Shown: positions 46,272 through 56,901, numbered from the stretch's first letter. The stretch is 64,000 nt of DNA from Candidatus Chisholmbacteria bacterium (GCA_963704905.1 CAVPHZ010000001.1:259438-323437), one strand, 5' to 3'. A program made the numbers and translations. The notes: generated from the sequence alone by a model not told the origin.

Positions 46272-49115
46272 CTACTTTGGCTTGGCCGCAAAGGGGCAAA
46301 TGCGATTGTATTCGCAAAAATTGCATGGGAACGGGTAGCCTGGTTTTGCGGGAAATTGGGAGTCTTTCATCTTTTGAGTCATCTTGATTAAATACTCCTC
46401 TTCGCGCTTTAAATCTTTTTCGTCCCTGGAAGTGGTGATTTTCAAGTTTTCTTCAATAAAGTAAAGACTCATTTTGTTGATGTTGATGCCAAATGCTTCT
46501 TTGGCTGCAAGGCCGTAGATGGAAAGTTGTTTGTCTTTATCAACAGATTTTTGATCACTCGGAGCGCCGGTTTTGTAGTCAACAATTTCTAGTTCGTCAT
46601 CAGTTTCATCGATGCGATCGATTTTTCCGACAAATTGGACTCCAGCAATATTGAGTTGAAAACGTTTTTCGAGAAGCTTCGGTTTCCCTAAGACAGACTT
46701 GAATTCTTGATGATAGGTTGTTAAGGCTTTATTACCAGCTTTGAAACGCTCTTGTTTGTGACTCTCTGATTCGTATCCAAGTTCGATGAAATTCTTTTTA
46801 TAAATCGTTAAGAAGGTTTTTAAGTCTGGAATCGTTCCCTGCTGTTCGTGCCGATGAAACTCATGAAGCGTGTTATGAATTGTTTCCCCAAACGAAAGTG
46901 CATGATGTGGTTCCGCTGGAACCCTGAGCAAATATCGATATTTGTACTTCAAGGGACAGGCAAGAAATGTATCGATTTGACTATAGGAAAGGCGTTTTAT
47001 TTCAATCTCTCCTTTTTTATCTAAATAGCGAACAGTTGGTGAAGAAAATCCTTTTTCGAGAAGGGAAAGTTGCGATGAGGTTTGCTGGGCTTTTTTTTCT
47101 TTAATACCTGTTTCTTTTAAAAAACCGCTCGGTTTTCTTTCTCTCACACCACCGTAATCTTTGGCATAGGAAAAGAAGAGGTAATCCCTGGCTCTGGTCA
47201 TAGCAACGTAGAATAGACGGCGTTCCTCTTGAGTGAATTCACTCCCTTGGGGAAGTTCTTCTTTGATTAGCTCCTCTGGAAATGCAATTGGATCTCTTCT
47301 ATTAATTGAAGGGAATCTACCAACGATAAGTGAAGGAACAAATACCACTGGAAATTCGAGACCTTTGGCAGCATGAATGGTGAGAAGGTTAATTGTGTCA
47401 ATGTCTTCAATTACGGCTTGGGCTGGATTTTCTCCAGCTTCTTCCCACAACTCGAGTGTTTCGATGAAGTCTGTTATTGTTGATTGCTTGGTCGTTGTTT
47501 CGGAACGTTTTATTTTTTCAAAGAGGAGGTTGATGTTTTTTATTTTTAATTGATTTTCGATTGTCTCTTGTTCCGTGAACGTTAAGATGTAGCCAGTTTT
47601 GAAAATAAAGGTGTAGAGTAGCTTACTCACCGGCTCCGACAGTGCCTGGTCTTGAAACTTCTGAATCATAGTGATAATATCTTTTATCCTCTGGTCATCT
47701 TCATTTTTGAGTATTTCCCAAAGCGGGCTTTGCAGGCTTCTGGCTTTATTGAGAAGCTCTAGAAGAAAATCTGCTGAGAGGCCAAGCACTGAGAGATGCA
47801 AGAAGTGAAATAGTGAGCTAGTCTCTTCTGGGTTGGCAATGACTCGCAATACATGTAAGAGCTCTCTTACCTCTTCTTGGTTAAAAAGCCCTCGATTTCC
47901 GATGAGCTGGTATGGCATCCCTGCTCGTCTGAATCCTGCAACAAAAGGGTCTAGGTGGGCATTAGCGCGTGCGAGGATGGCGAAATCCTTATATGAGTAG
48001 TTATGTTTGGCGAGGAGCTTGAGAATTTTACCTACGACAGCGTCGACTTCATTGGTTTCGGAAGTGGCGGCTATGATTTGCGGTGTATTAAATTTTTCCT
48101 GCCTCACTGGTTTCAGATTTTTGTTGATGTTCAATTTATTCTCTAATCTGTCTGGATTGTTATTTTGAATGAGTTTGTAGGCACTTGTGAGTAGAGATTT
48201 GGTTGAGCGATAATTTGTTGTTAGTACTACTTCTTTGGCTTTCGGGTAGTCTTTTTTAAACTCTAGGATGTTACTCACCGCAGCGCCTCGAAATTTGTAG
48301 ATGGATTGGTCGTCGTCGCCAACGACGATAAGGTTTGGATTTTGGCTGGCTGGGGCAAGAAGTTTGATGAGTTGGTATTGTGCGTAATTCGTATCTTGAA
48401 ATTCGTCTACAAGTATGTGGCTGAATTGATTCTGGTATTTTTTCAGAATTGATTTTCTTTGGCGAAATAGAAGGAGCGTTTTGGTGATGAGGTCTCCAAA
48501 ATCTAGGAAGGAGTCTTTGATTTTCAATTTCTCGTAGGTGTCAAAGGCTTTGGCGAGTTCTAGAACTCTTTGCGCTTGCTCTTGTTCTTCTTGGGTTTTA
48601 GCCTTTTTCATTTTTTTCGTCGCATATTTGGTTAATTCTTCGGTGGTGGTATCTTCGTCTTTGGCTCTGGAAAAAAATTTCAGTAGTGCCGAGATGAACT
48701 TGGTTGGATTTCCCAATGGGCGATAGTAGTTGAGCTTGAACTCAAATAGATGTTTTTTCAACATTATCCATTGGTCCACAGGAGTTATGATTTTGTAGCT
48801 CGGATCCAGTCCAATTTCCAAGGCCTCAGCGCGGAGGATGCGATCGCATAGGCTGTGAAAGGTTCCAAGCCAAGGCTCTTCGTAGCCTAGAGGCATGACG
48901 ACGTCTAATCTGTCTAACATCTCGGTTGCTGACTTGTCTGTGAAGGTCGCCGCAAATATATGAAGCGGGTCAATGTTTTTCTTGTGAATCAAGTACTTAA
49001 TTCTCTCTGTCACTACCGTGGTTTTCCCACTCCCGGCGCCAGCAATGATGAGCAGTGGACCTTTCGAATGTGTAACCGCTTGTTTTTGCTGTGTATTTAT
49101 CTTTATCTGATTCAT
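46272..49115 (-). CDS. UvrD-like SF1 helicase fused to C-terminal PD-(D/E)XK nuclease (AdnAB/AddAB-like)
   Basis: AGAGSGKT, VDEFQDTN, EERRLFYVAMTRA; LSYSQIDTFLACP...GKIDRID...IVDYKTG...CNFCEYNRICP. Confidence 0.9.
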   Translation of the reverse strand: MNQIKINTQQKQAVTHSKGPLLIIAGAGSGKTTVVTERIKYLIHKKNIDPLHIFAATFTDKSATEMLDRLDVVMPLGYEEPWLGTFHSLCDRILRAEALEIGLDPSYKIITPVDQWIMLKKHLFEFKLNYYRPLGNPTKFISALLKFFSRAKDEDTTTEELTKYATKKMKKAKTQEEQEQAQRVLELAKAFDTYEKLKIKDSFLDFGDLITKTLLLFRQRKSILKKYQNQFSHILVDEFQDTNYAQYQLIKLLAPASQNPNLIVVGDDDQSIYKFRGAAVSNILEFKKDYPKAKEVVLTTNYRSTKSLLTSAYKLIQNNNPDRLENKLNINKNLKPVRQEKFNTPQIIAATSETNEVDAVVGKILKLLAKHNYSYKDFAILARANAHLDPFVAGFRRAGMPYQLIGNRGLFNQEEVRELLHVLRVIANPEETSSLFHFLHLSVLGLSADFLLELLNKARSLQSPLWEILKNEDDQRIKDIITMIQKFQDQALSEPVSKLLYTFIFKTGYILTFTEQETIENQLKIKNINLLFEKIKRSETTTKQSTITDFIETLELWEEAGENPAQAVIEDIDTINLLTIHAAKGLEFPVVFVPSLIVGRFPSINRRDPIAFPEELIKEELPQGSEFTQEERRLFYVAMTRARDYLFFSYAKDYGGVRERKPSGFLKETGIKEKKAQQTSSQLSLLEKGFSSPTVRYLDKKGEIEIKRLSYSQIDTFLACPLKYKYRYLLRVPAEPHHALSFGETIHNTLHEFHRHEQQGTIPDLKTFLTIYKKNFIELGYESESHKQERFKAGNKALTTYHQEFKSVLGKPKLLEKRFQLNIAGVQFVGKIDRIDETDDELEIVDYKTGAPSDQKSVDKDKQLSIYGLAAKEAFGININKMSLYFIEENLKITTSRDEKDLKREEEYLIKMTQKMKDSQFPAKPGYPFPCNFCEYNRICPFAAKPK

Positions 49116-49126
49116 TATTTTGGAAA

Positions 49127-50173
49127 TTACGACTTGCCCTTGTCTGGAGTGTCAATTTTGAGTTGGTCCTCATCGCTCTTTAACCGCTCTGTGGTAGTGA
49201 GTTTTTGCCCCAGTCTGATAAACGTGTTGCTTACCTCTGAAAACTTGTTGTAGGCGTTCCCGATGTGCCCACCGAGCGTTGTAAGGTGTGCTTCGACTCG
49301 CTCATAATCCTTTTGAATCGCTCGTAAAAGAATAAATATTTCTTTTGAGCGTGACTCAATTTTTTTACCCTCAAAGGTGAGGAGTATCATTTGTAAGTGT
49401 GCATACAAGGTTGTGGGTGATACTGGATAGACACGCTTTTGACGAGCATAATCTGTCAGACTATTGCTGTTGACGATTTCGTAGTACACCGGTTCACTGG
49501 GAACATACATCAAAGCAAAATCCATAGTACCTTCTTCTGGAAGAATGTATTTTTTTGCGATGTCATCGAGGTGTTTTCGAACATCTTTTTTAAAATCCTG
49601 CCTGGCAGTTTCCCTGTCTTTTTTTGTTTCTCCTTCAATAATTCTCTGGAAATTTTCCATGGGAAATTTTGAATCGATAGGAAGAATGCCAGCGTCAGTT
49701 TGAATAGCAGCGTCGACTTTAGTTCCCGATTTGAACATGTACTGGAGATGAAATGTTTTTTTGGGAAAGATTTGGCTAATGAGGTCCCCTAATACCTGCT
49801 CGCCAATATTTCCTCGAAGTTTTGGACTTTGAAGAAATGACTGCAGATCTCGCATTGACTGAGAGATAGAAGAAAACTGACCAGCTTCTTTTTGTAGTGC
49901 ACCAATAACCTCAGCAGCTTTATCGAGGCGTTTATTGAGCGAGTCTGAGGTTTTGAGTAAAGTGTCGGTAACATTTTTGTTTGATTGTTCAAGTGATTTT
50001 GCTAAAACTCCCTGAAGCTCTTTGATATCTTTTTGGGTTGATTTTGCCCATTCGAGAAGAGTGTTGTCTTCATCTGCCTTTTTCAAGCTTTCGAGCTTGC
50101 TTGAAATATACCAAGCAGAGAGAGCAAACCCAGCAACTATAATACTTGAAAGGAGATAGACTTCCCTTGGCAT
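49127..50173 (-). CDS. rmuC: DNA recombination protein RmuC
   Basis: RGNIGE, PIDSKFP, TMDFALMYVPSE, VSPTTL. Confidence 0.92.
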   Translation of the reverse strand: MPREVYLLSSIIVAGFALSAWYISSKLESLKKADEDNTLLEWAKSTQKDIKELQGVLAKSLEQSNKNVTDTLLKTSDSLNKRLDKAAEVIGALQKEAGQFSSISQSMRDLQSFLQSPKLRGNIGEQVLGDLISQIFPKKTFHLQYMFKSGTKVDAAIQTDAGILPIDSKFPMENFQRIIEGETKKDRETARQDFKKDVRKHLDDIAKKYILPEEGTMDFALMYVPSEPVYYEIVNSNSLTDYARQKRVYPVSPTTLYAHLQMILLTFEGKKIESRSKEIFILLRAIQKDYERVEAHLTTLGGHIGNAYNKFSEVSNTFIRLGQKLTTTERLKSDEDQLKIDTPDKGKS

Positions 50174-50183
50174 GATGTATCCC

Positions 50184-50318
50184 TTATGATAGTACTCCAG
50201 AAAGTGAGTTTATGAGAACCACTGCTCCGACTGCAATAACCCCAATCCCAATAATATACAGGAGCATTTTTTTATTTCCTTCTTTTGACATGAATGGGAT
50301 TGATGATTCTTTGTTCAT
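50184..50318 (-). CDS. 44-aa small membrane protein
   Basis: MNKESSIPFMSKEGNKKMLLYIIGIGVIAVGAVVLINSLSGVLS*; TACAAT 9 nt upstream; ends 10 nt before rmuC start. Confidence 0.65.
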   Translation of the reverse strand: MNKESSIPFMSKEGNKKMLLYIIGIGVIAVGAVVLINSLSGVLS

Positions 50319-50382
50319 GACGTCGACATTGTACATTCTTTTTTACTCAAGAGCAAAAAGATAAAGCATTACCAGCATAACG

Positions 50383-50718
50383 ATGAAAAAACTCCCTAAA
50401 AAGCGATTTCTGCCTACCATCCTATTCGGTGCGCTTTCGTGGTTGGTTGTTATTTTCTTGGTTCTTTTTGTTGATCCTATTGTCTTGCGGGATTTTCCGT
50501 TACACGGATTGTATTTGCCATTTATATTCTTTCTGTTTTTCGCTCTTTTCTTCAGCTGTTCGTTTATCCTCTTTCATACAAGAAGAGGGTTTTTTATTTC
50601 AATTGGTGTGATTGCATATCTCTATCTTCGATTATTTGGTCTTGGACACTATCTTAATCTTTTGCTGTTACTCTCTTTTTTTCTGATCTTGGAACTTGCT
50701 CTTTCATCCCGAAGCTAG
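50383..50718 (+). CDS. Hypothetical small multi-TM protein
   Basis: Four hydrophobic segments. Confidence 0.65.
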   Translation: MKKLPKKRFLPTILFGALSWLVVIFLVLFVDPIVLRDFPLHGLYLPFIFFLFFALFFSCSFILFHTRRGFFISIGVIAYLYLRLFGLGHYLNLLLLLSFFLILELALSSRS

Positions 50719-50788
50719 GATTGACAGTTCAAAGTCATCCATGCTATACAACACTTAGTTCATCTAATTAAATTGTTACTTGTTTAAG

Positions 50789-51151
50789 ATGCAGGTCTCA
50801 AATAGAAAACTCAACTCCACTTTGGAAAAGCAAATTTTCTCTGTATTTCACCAGATGTTATCCGATTTACGCACCCCTGAAGAAGCTAAGAGAGTTTTTG
50901 AAGATTTGTTGACTGAAACTGAGCGAACCGCATTAGCTAAGCGACTTGCAATTGCCGCGTTTTTAGATAAAGGTCGAAGCTATGAGAACATCCGTGAGAC
51001 ACTGAAAGTTTCATCGGCTACGATAGCCTCTGTAGCCGAGCAGATGGGCAACCCGGGCATTCAGCTTGCTCTAACTAAGATTAAAGCTGAGGAGTGGGCT
51101 GATGAATGGGCTGAAAAAATTAGTGGCTTGTTTAAGAAAATTCGAACGTAG
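50789..51151 (+). CDS. YerC/YecD family TrpR-related protein
   Basis: DLLTETERTALAKRLAIA...SYENIRETLKVSSATIASV; TTGACA at 50721 upstream. Confidence 0.85.
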   Translation: MQVSNRKLNSTLEKQIFSVFHQMLSDLRTPEEAKRVFEDLLTETERTALAKRLAIAAFLDKGRSYENIRETLKVSSATIASVAEQMGNPGIQLALTKIKAEEWADEWAEKISGLFKKIRT

Positions 51152-51233
51152 TGTGATCTTCTCTTAACCTGATTCCCCTCAATAGTTTATCCAGTTCTGA
51201 TACAATTATTTTATTAGTTAGTCATATTTCATC

Positions 51234-52670
51234 ATGAATAATCGAAAGTACATAACCGCGGCAATCCCATATGTTAATGCGAAACCACATATTGGTCATG
51301 CATTGGAGTTTATTCAGACAAATACTCTGGCACGCTACTATCGACTCCTTGGGCATGATGTGTTAACGCTATCTGGAGGAGATGAAAACGCGCTTAAGAA
51401 TGTTCAAGCTGCAGAACAAGCAGGCGTTGCTATTCAGAAATTTGTGGATGAGAACACTGAGCGATTTCGAATACTTTCTGAACAACTCAATGCACCATTT
51501 GATATTTGGCAAAAAGGAAGTGATACAAATAGGCATTTTCCTTCAAGCCAGAAGCTTTGGATGCTATGTGATCAGGCAGGAGATATTTACAAAAAACCCT
51601 ACACAGGTCTCTATTGCGTTGGTTGTGAAGCATTTTATTCTGTTGAAGAGCTTGATGATACGGGAGAGTGTTTCGAACATCCTGGCAGATCTCTGGAGCA
51701 AGTTGAGGAGGAAAATTATTTCTTTCGTCTTTCAAAATATCAAGAGCGACTTGAAAAGCTTATCAGATCTAGGTCATTTGAAATCATCCCTGAAACTCGG
51801 AAAAATGAAGTGTTAACATTCATTCAGAGCGGTCTTCAAGACATTAGCATTTCTCGAACTAATGAACGGGCTCGGAATTGGGGCGTGCCAGTTCCAGGCG
51901 ACCCAACTCAACGAATTTATGTATGGTTTGATGCCTTAAATATCTATCAATCTGGTATTGGATTTGGTTGGGATGATAAGACATATAAAAAATGGTGGCC
52001 TGCTGATACTCATGTTATTGGAAAAGGGATCATTCGCTTTCACGCTATTTATTGGACTGCCTTCCTGCTTTCTGCAGGTCTTAGGCTTCCGAAACGATTG
52101 TTTGTGCATGAATATTTCACTGTTGATGGCCAGAAAATGAGTAAAACTATTGGGAACGTCTATGATCCTACCCCGCTGGTAAAAGAACGCGGCGCGGATC
52201 CGCTTCGTTATTATTGCTTGGCAAAGATATCACCATTTCTTGACGGAGATTTTTCTGAAGTGAAGCTGTTTGATGCGTATAATTCCGACTTAGCAAATAG
52301 CCTTGGAAACACCGTTCAACGAGTAGCAACCTTATGTGAACGCTCAGGTTTTTCGTTTAAACAAGATGACCCGCCAGGCTTTCGGAGTGAAGTTCAAGCG
52401 GCAATGGCTGTGTATCGTTTTGACCTAGCCTTGCGAGAAATCTGGAAATCGATAAGTCGAGTTGAAAAAGCACTGGAGCGCTCTCAACCTTGGAAGCTCG
52501 AAGGGAAGAAACTTCTGTCAACACTTACAGAAATGGTTGCTCATTTACGACAAGTTGGTTTTGAACTGCAGCCGTTTCTGCCGGAGTCAGCTGAGAGGAT
52601 TCTTGAAATATTCCGTGGTTCAACGATTACAGCTCCGAAGCCTTTGTTTCCTCGATCAGAACAACCTTAG
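51234..52670 (+). CDS. metG: Methionine--tRNA ligase (short form, no C-terminal tRNA-binding domain)
   Basis: YVNAKPHIGH, YCVGCEAF, YVWFDAL, KMSKT. Confidence 0.95.
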   Translation: MNNRKYITAAIPYVNAKPHIGHALEFIQTNTLARYYRLLGHDVLTLSGGDENALKNVQAAEQAGVAIQKFVDENTERFRILSEQLNAPFDIWQKGSDTNRHFPSSQKLWMLCDQAGDIYKKPYTGLYCVGCEAFYSVEELDDTGECFEHPGRSLEQVEEENYFFRLSKYQERLEKLIRSRSFEIIPETRKNEVLTFIQSGLQDISISRTNERARNWGVPVPGDPTQRIYVWFDALNIYQSGIGFGWDDKTYKKWWPADTHVIGKGIIRFHAIYWTAFLLSAGLRLPKRLFVHEYFTVDGQKMSKTIGNVYDPTPLVKERGADPLRYYCLAKISPFLDGDFSEVKLFDAYNSDLANSLGNTVQRVATLCERSGFSFKQDDPPGFRSEVQAAMAVYRFDLALREIWKSISRVEKALERSQPWKLEGKKLLSTLTEMVAHLRQVGFELQPFLPESAERILEIFRGSTITAPKPLFPRSEQP

Positions 52671-52690
52671 CTAGAGAAATCGACTTTATT

Positions 52691-52951
52691 TTAATCAAAT
52701 GCAATATGGGATTTGATGTTTTTTGCTACCTCGGATGGGTTTTCATATGACCAGGCTGCGTCTTCATTTTTCTCTCCCTCAATTAGGAGATGCCAATAGG
52801 TGGCTTTTCCTTTCCAGGGATAGGTGTAGGGTGTTTCACTTTTTTTAAACCACTCCATTTTCAAAGAATCTGGAGGAAAATACTGGTTTCTTTCGATAAC
52901 TACTGTTTGGTCGCTCTCGGCAATACTTTTATCCTTCCAAGTTACTTTCAT
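52691..52951 (-). CDS. DUF427 domain protein, possibly C-terminally truncated
   Basis: IAESD...YFPPDS...PWKGKATYW...DAAWSYENP...IKSHIAF; SD AAAGGAG before ATG 52951. Confidence 0.8.
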   Translation of the reverse strand: MKVTWKDKSIAESDQTVVIERNQYFPPDSLKMEWFKKSETPYTYPWKGKATYWHLLIEGEKNEDAAWSYENPSEVAKNIKSHIAFD

Positions 52952-53012
52952 TACATGCTCCTTTCTCAGATAGGTTATTATTACAATTATCCGCCAATAG
53001 GCATTATTTACT

Positions 53013-53840
53013 GTGATGATTGACACACACACGCATTTAAATTTTCAGGCCTTTGAGAATGACTGGCAAGCGGTTGTAGACAGAGCCATCGATACTGGCG
53101 TGGGTAGTATGATCGTGGTTGGAACAGATGTTGTAAGTAGTCGAAAAGCGATTGAAATGGCAAGTGCTCATCCCTCGCTGTTTGCCAGCGTCGGTGTACA
53201 TCCGCATCATGCAAAAGGTATAGTCGAGCAATCCAAAGCAGTGAAGAGTGAAATAATGCAGATTCGATCACTCCTCAAACATCCTCGAGTAGTGGCAGTT
53301 GGTGAGGTTGGATTGGATTATCACATCTATCAATATTCGAGATATTCTCAACCTTACAACAATGATGAGTCGAATACGCTTACAACACTTCAAAAAGAGC
53401 TATTTATTGCTCAGGTTCAGCTGGCTGTTGAATTTCATAAACCACTTATTATTCATAGTCGAGATGCAAAGGAAGAGGTATTGGATCTTCTTTTATCTGA
53501 GGTACCTTCTTTAGGAAGTGATCCTAGAGGTGTGTTCCATTGTTTTGAAGGGAGTAAAAAGTACCTCTTGAGAATACTAGATGCAGGTTTTTTTGTAAGC
53601 TTTACGGGAAATATTACCTATAGCGAAGATCGAGAAAAAGTAGCCTCGCTGGTTCCTCTCAATAAACTTCTTCTTGAAACTGACTCGCCGTTTATGACCC
53701 CTATGCCTCTGCGGGGAAAGCGTAATGAACCTTCCTATGTTAAAATTGTTGCGGAAAAGCATGCTCTATCTAGAGGTGTTCATTTTAATGAAGTGTTAAA
53801 ACACACTCAAGAAAATGCTCTTGAGTTATTTCATCTATGA
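53013..53840 (+). CDS. tatD: TatD family nuclease
   Basis: DTHTHL, GVHPH, GEVGLDY, IIHSRDA, GVFHCF, LLETDSP. Confidence 0.93.
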   Translation: MMIDTHTHLNFQAFENDWQAVVDRAIDTGVGSMIVVGTDVVSSRKAIEMASAHPSLFASVGVHPHHAKGIVEQSKAVKSEIMQIRSLLKHPRVVAVGEVGLDYHIYQYSRYSQPYNNDESNTLTTLQKELFIAQVQLAVEFHKPLIIHSRDAKEEVLDLLLSEVPSLGSDPRGVFHCFEGSKKYLLRILDAGFFVSFTGNITYSEDREKVASLVPLNKLLLETDSPFMTPMPLRGKRNEPSYVKIVAEKHALSRGVHFNEVLKHTQENALELFHL

Positions 53841-55324
53841 GTAATTTAAAAAAAAGCGGTATTGGACGACCACCCCGTTGGCTGGAATTCATCCCAGGTT
53901 TGTTTTCCTGGTCACTCATCTTGTTTCCTTTTTGGGGATCTTTGATTGTTCCAGTTGCGGTAGCCTACTATGTGCTTGCGTTTGCGGTGTATTGGCTCTA
54001 TCGCTCAGTGTCTACCGCAGTACTTTCTGTCATTGCTCATTTTCGCATGCAATCAGCTCAGGTATATGATTGGATGAGTGACTTAGCAGTTTTTCCAGAT
54101 TGGAAAGACATTCATCATGTGATACTCATTCCTACTTACAAAGAACCTTTACATACTCTGAAACGCACATTAAAAGGAATTGAGAAACAAACGTTACCAA
54201 AAAATCAAATAAGTATTGTCGTTTCATTTGAAGAAAGAGAAGGAGGGGTAGGTAAGAGTAAATCTCATGCTCTTCAAAGGGAATTTGGAAAAGTCTTTAA
54301 AAACTTTTTTATCACCTTCCATCCCGATCTTCCCGGTGAGGTGAAGGGAAAGTCCTCAAATACATCCTGGGCAGCAAAGTTTGTAAAAAAAGAACTGGTT
54401 GATAATCAAGGGTACGATATTTCCAAAATGACAGTAACGAGTGAAGATGCAGATGCGGTGCTTCACTCGAATTATTTAGCAGCTTTAACGTATTCTTTTC
54501 TTGATCATCCTCATAGACACCGTCGAATTTGGCAAGCATCGATCGTTTTTTATAACAACATTTGGAGCGTACCAGCACCAATACGAGTATTGGCAACGAT
54601 TTGGAGTGTCGTTCAGATGTATATTCTCATGCGTCAAGATAGGCTTATTAATTTTTCTACTTACTCTACTAGCCTGAAGCTCATTCATGAAATAGGTTAT
54701 TGGGATGTCGATGTCATTCCGGAAGATTATCGATTATTTTTTAAAGCGTATTTTCATTACAAAGGAGACATTGAAGTTGAGCCTATATTTTTACCTGTTT
54801 ATGCTGATGCTGCTCAGTCAACAAGTTATTGGAAAACGATGGTGAATCAATATGAACAGGTAAAGCGGTGGGCATGGGGTGTATCTGATGATCCGTATAT
54901 TATTCAAAAATGGCTGGAAGCTAAAGATATTTCTTTTTGGGAAAAGACGATTCGAGTTGTTAAAGTTCTCGAGGATCACTTTCTATGGCCGGTTAACTGG
55001 TTTGCAATTACCATCGGGGCACTACTTCCTCCTTTAATCAATAAGGAATTTTCTCGAACAATACTCGGGAAAACTTTGCCACAGGTATCATCATTTATAT
55101 TAACGCTTTCTCTCGTTTCTTTGGTCGCAATAATATTTATTGATGCACGCCAACGACCACCACGACCAGCTGAAGTGTCGCTTCTCAAGAGACTTTTTCA
55201 ACCATTTGAGTTTTTGCTACTCCCTATTGTGGGATTTTTCTTTAATGCTCTTCCAGGTATTGATGCACACACCAGGCTGATGTTTGGAAAATACATTGAA
55301 TATAAAGTAACGGAGAAGGTGTAA
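53837..55324 (+). CDS. Membrane GT2 glycosyltransferase
   Basis: LIPTYKE, GKSSN, DAD, IPED, QVKRWAWG (QxxRW) plus TMs. Confidence 0.88.
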   Translation: MSNLKKSGIGRPPRWLEFIPGLFSWSLILFPFWGSLIVPVAVAYYVLAFAVYWLYRSVSTAVLSVIAHFRMQSAQVYDWMSDLAVFPDWKDIHHVILIPTYKEPLHTLKRTLKGIEKQTLPKNQISIVVSFEEREGGVGKSKSHALQREFGKVFKNFFITFHPDLPGEVKGKSSNTSWAAKFVKKELVDNQGYDISKMTVTSEDADAVLHSNYLAALTYSFLDHPHRHRRIWQASIVFYNNIWSVPAPIRVLATIWSVVQMYILMRQDRLINFSTYSTSLKLIHEIGYWDVDVIPEDYRLFFKAYFHYKGDIEVEPIFLPVYADAAQSTSYWKTMVNQYEQVKRWAWGVSDDPYIIQKWLEAKDISFWEKTIRVVKVLEDHFLWPVNWFAITIGALLPPLINKEFSRTILGKTLPQVSSFILTLSLVSLVAIIFIDARQRPPRPAEVSLLKRLFQPFEFLLLPIVGFFFNALPGIDAHTRLMFGKYIEYKVTEKV

Positions 55325-55368
55325 TTTATTATTGACATCAAAAATAACTTAGATTCTTCGTTCTCTGA

Positions 55369-55377
55369 TGATAGAAT
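55369..55377 (+). promoter_or_regulatory. Extended -10 promoter, probably leaderless
   Basis: TGaTAGAAT followed 6 nt later by ATG 55384. Confidence 0.55.
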
Positions 55378-55383
55378 GAGTTC

Positions 55384-56901
55384 ATGAACTTGGATCAGTC
55401 TTCTTTGTCGAACGTATTCATCTCCTTTGTTAAACGTTATAAATTTCTTTTTCTCTTACTTCTATTTATATTTTTTCTGCGAATTCCATCATTGATGGAG
55501 CCGAATCGATATGCCGATGAGGATATTTATTTAACCCTCGGTCATGGGATGCGACAGGGATTGGTGTTTTATCGTGATATTCATGACAACAAACCCCCCC
55601 TCCTTTACGTGGTTGCTGGTCTGGCTGGAAATTTGTTTTGGTTTCGATTCATTCTTTTGGTTGTCCATGCCATCGGCGTAGTGATTTTTTATAAACTTGC
55701 AGAGCTCGTTTTTGATAACAGAAGATGGGCGATCTTGATTTCAACGCTCATTTTTGGATTGTTCTCCACGCTTCCTCCACTTGAAGGAAACATTGCTAAT
55801 GGGGAAAATTTTATGATCGTATCGGCTTTGGCTGGTGTGTACCTCCTTTATCGAGCTTTAATTAATCTAAACGAACATGATCGAATATGGGTTTACCCAC
55901 TCGCTGGGTTTCTTTTTTCAATTGCATTTCTTTTTAAAATACCGATTGCATTTGATTTTGCTGGGATAGTTCTCTTTTGGTTGTTTTTTGTTGAACCGGA
56001 ACTACGCCTCACTCAACGTCTGGCTCGTCTATTTTCAAAAGAGTTTATTTTATTGATCGGTGGTTTTCTGATGCCAATACTTCTAAGTATTGTGTATTAC
56101 GCTTTTAACGGAGCCTTCGAACCCTATGTACGTTCAGCACTCATGCAAAATATTGGCTACCTCTCTAGTTGGGGTGGGGAGGGTGGTTCTGTTCTTCAAA
56201 ATCCACTTGTTTGGAGAGGATTGGTTGTTATTGGTTTAACGGGTTTGCTGCTCATTTTTTCAAAACGCATATCTCTAGCATCCCGATTTGTCTTGGTATG
56301 GACTGTATTTTCAATGTATGGAGCGCTTCTCTCAAGCCGGCCATATCCCCACTATTTATTGGAGCCTTTAGTTCCCGTATCTCTCCTTCTGATGTTGGTG
56401 ATTATTCAGTTTCTTGAACGAAGAGCTATTTCGTTGAGTATATCTATTCTTGTTTTAGTCCTCATTATCGTTTCGTATTATCAAATTGATTTTTGGGAGT
56501 ATGAAACGCTCTCGTATTACAGGAATTATGTAGATTATGCTTCAGGAAAAAAGAGTTGGGATGACTATCTAAAATATTGGGGAGCGGGGAGGAACTATCA
56601 AGTAGCGTCTTATCTTCAACACCATACCAGCGAGAATGATCGAGTGTATGTTTGGGGGACTGAGCCAGCGATTTACTCAGTGTCAGGTCGATTACCTGTC
56701 AGTCGATATACTGTTGCGTATCATGTTGTTGACTTTGATGCGTATGACCATACGATTCAAGCAATTCAATCAGAAAAGCCTATGTATATTGTCGTGTTTG
56801 AAGACGGACCTGATTTTGAAGCGTTACATGCGCTTCTTGAAAAAGGATATTTGTTGGAAACAACCATTGATGGAGTGTCTGTCTACCGAATTCTGTATTA
56901 A
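55384..56901 (+). CDS. GT-C fold glycosyltransferase (ArnT-like)
   Basis: YADEDIY, YRDIHDNKPPL, RPYPHY, multi-TM. Confidence 0.82.
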   Translation: MNLDQSSLSNVFISFVKRYKFLFLLLLFIFFLRIPSLMEPNRYADEDIYLTLGHGMRQGLVFYRDIHDNKPPLLYVVAGLAGNLFWFRFILLVVHAIGVVIFYKLAELVFDNRRWAILISTLIFGLFSTLPPLEGNIANGENFMIVSALAGVYLLYRALINLNEHDRIWVYPLAGFLFSIAFLFKIPIAFDFAGIVLFWLFFVEPELRLTQRLARLFSKEFILLIGGFLMPILLSIVYYAFNGAFEPYVRSALMQNIGYLSSWGGEGGSVLQNPLVWRGLVVIGLTGLLLIFSKRISLASRFVLVWTVFSMYGALLSSRPYPHYLLEPLVPVSLLLMLVIIQFLERRAISLSISILVLVLIIVSYYQIDFWEYETLSYYRNYVDYASGKKSWDDYLKYWGAGRNYQVASYLQHHTSENDRVYVWGTEPAIYSVSGRLPVSRYTVAYHVVDFDAYDHTIQAIQSEKPMYIVVFEDGPDFEALHALLEKGYLLETTIDGVSVYRILY

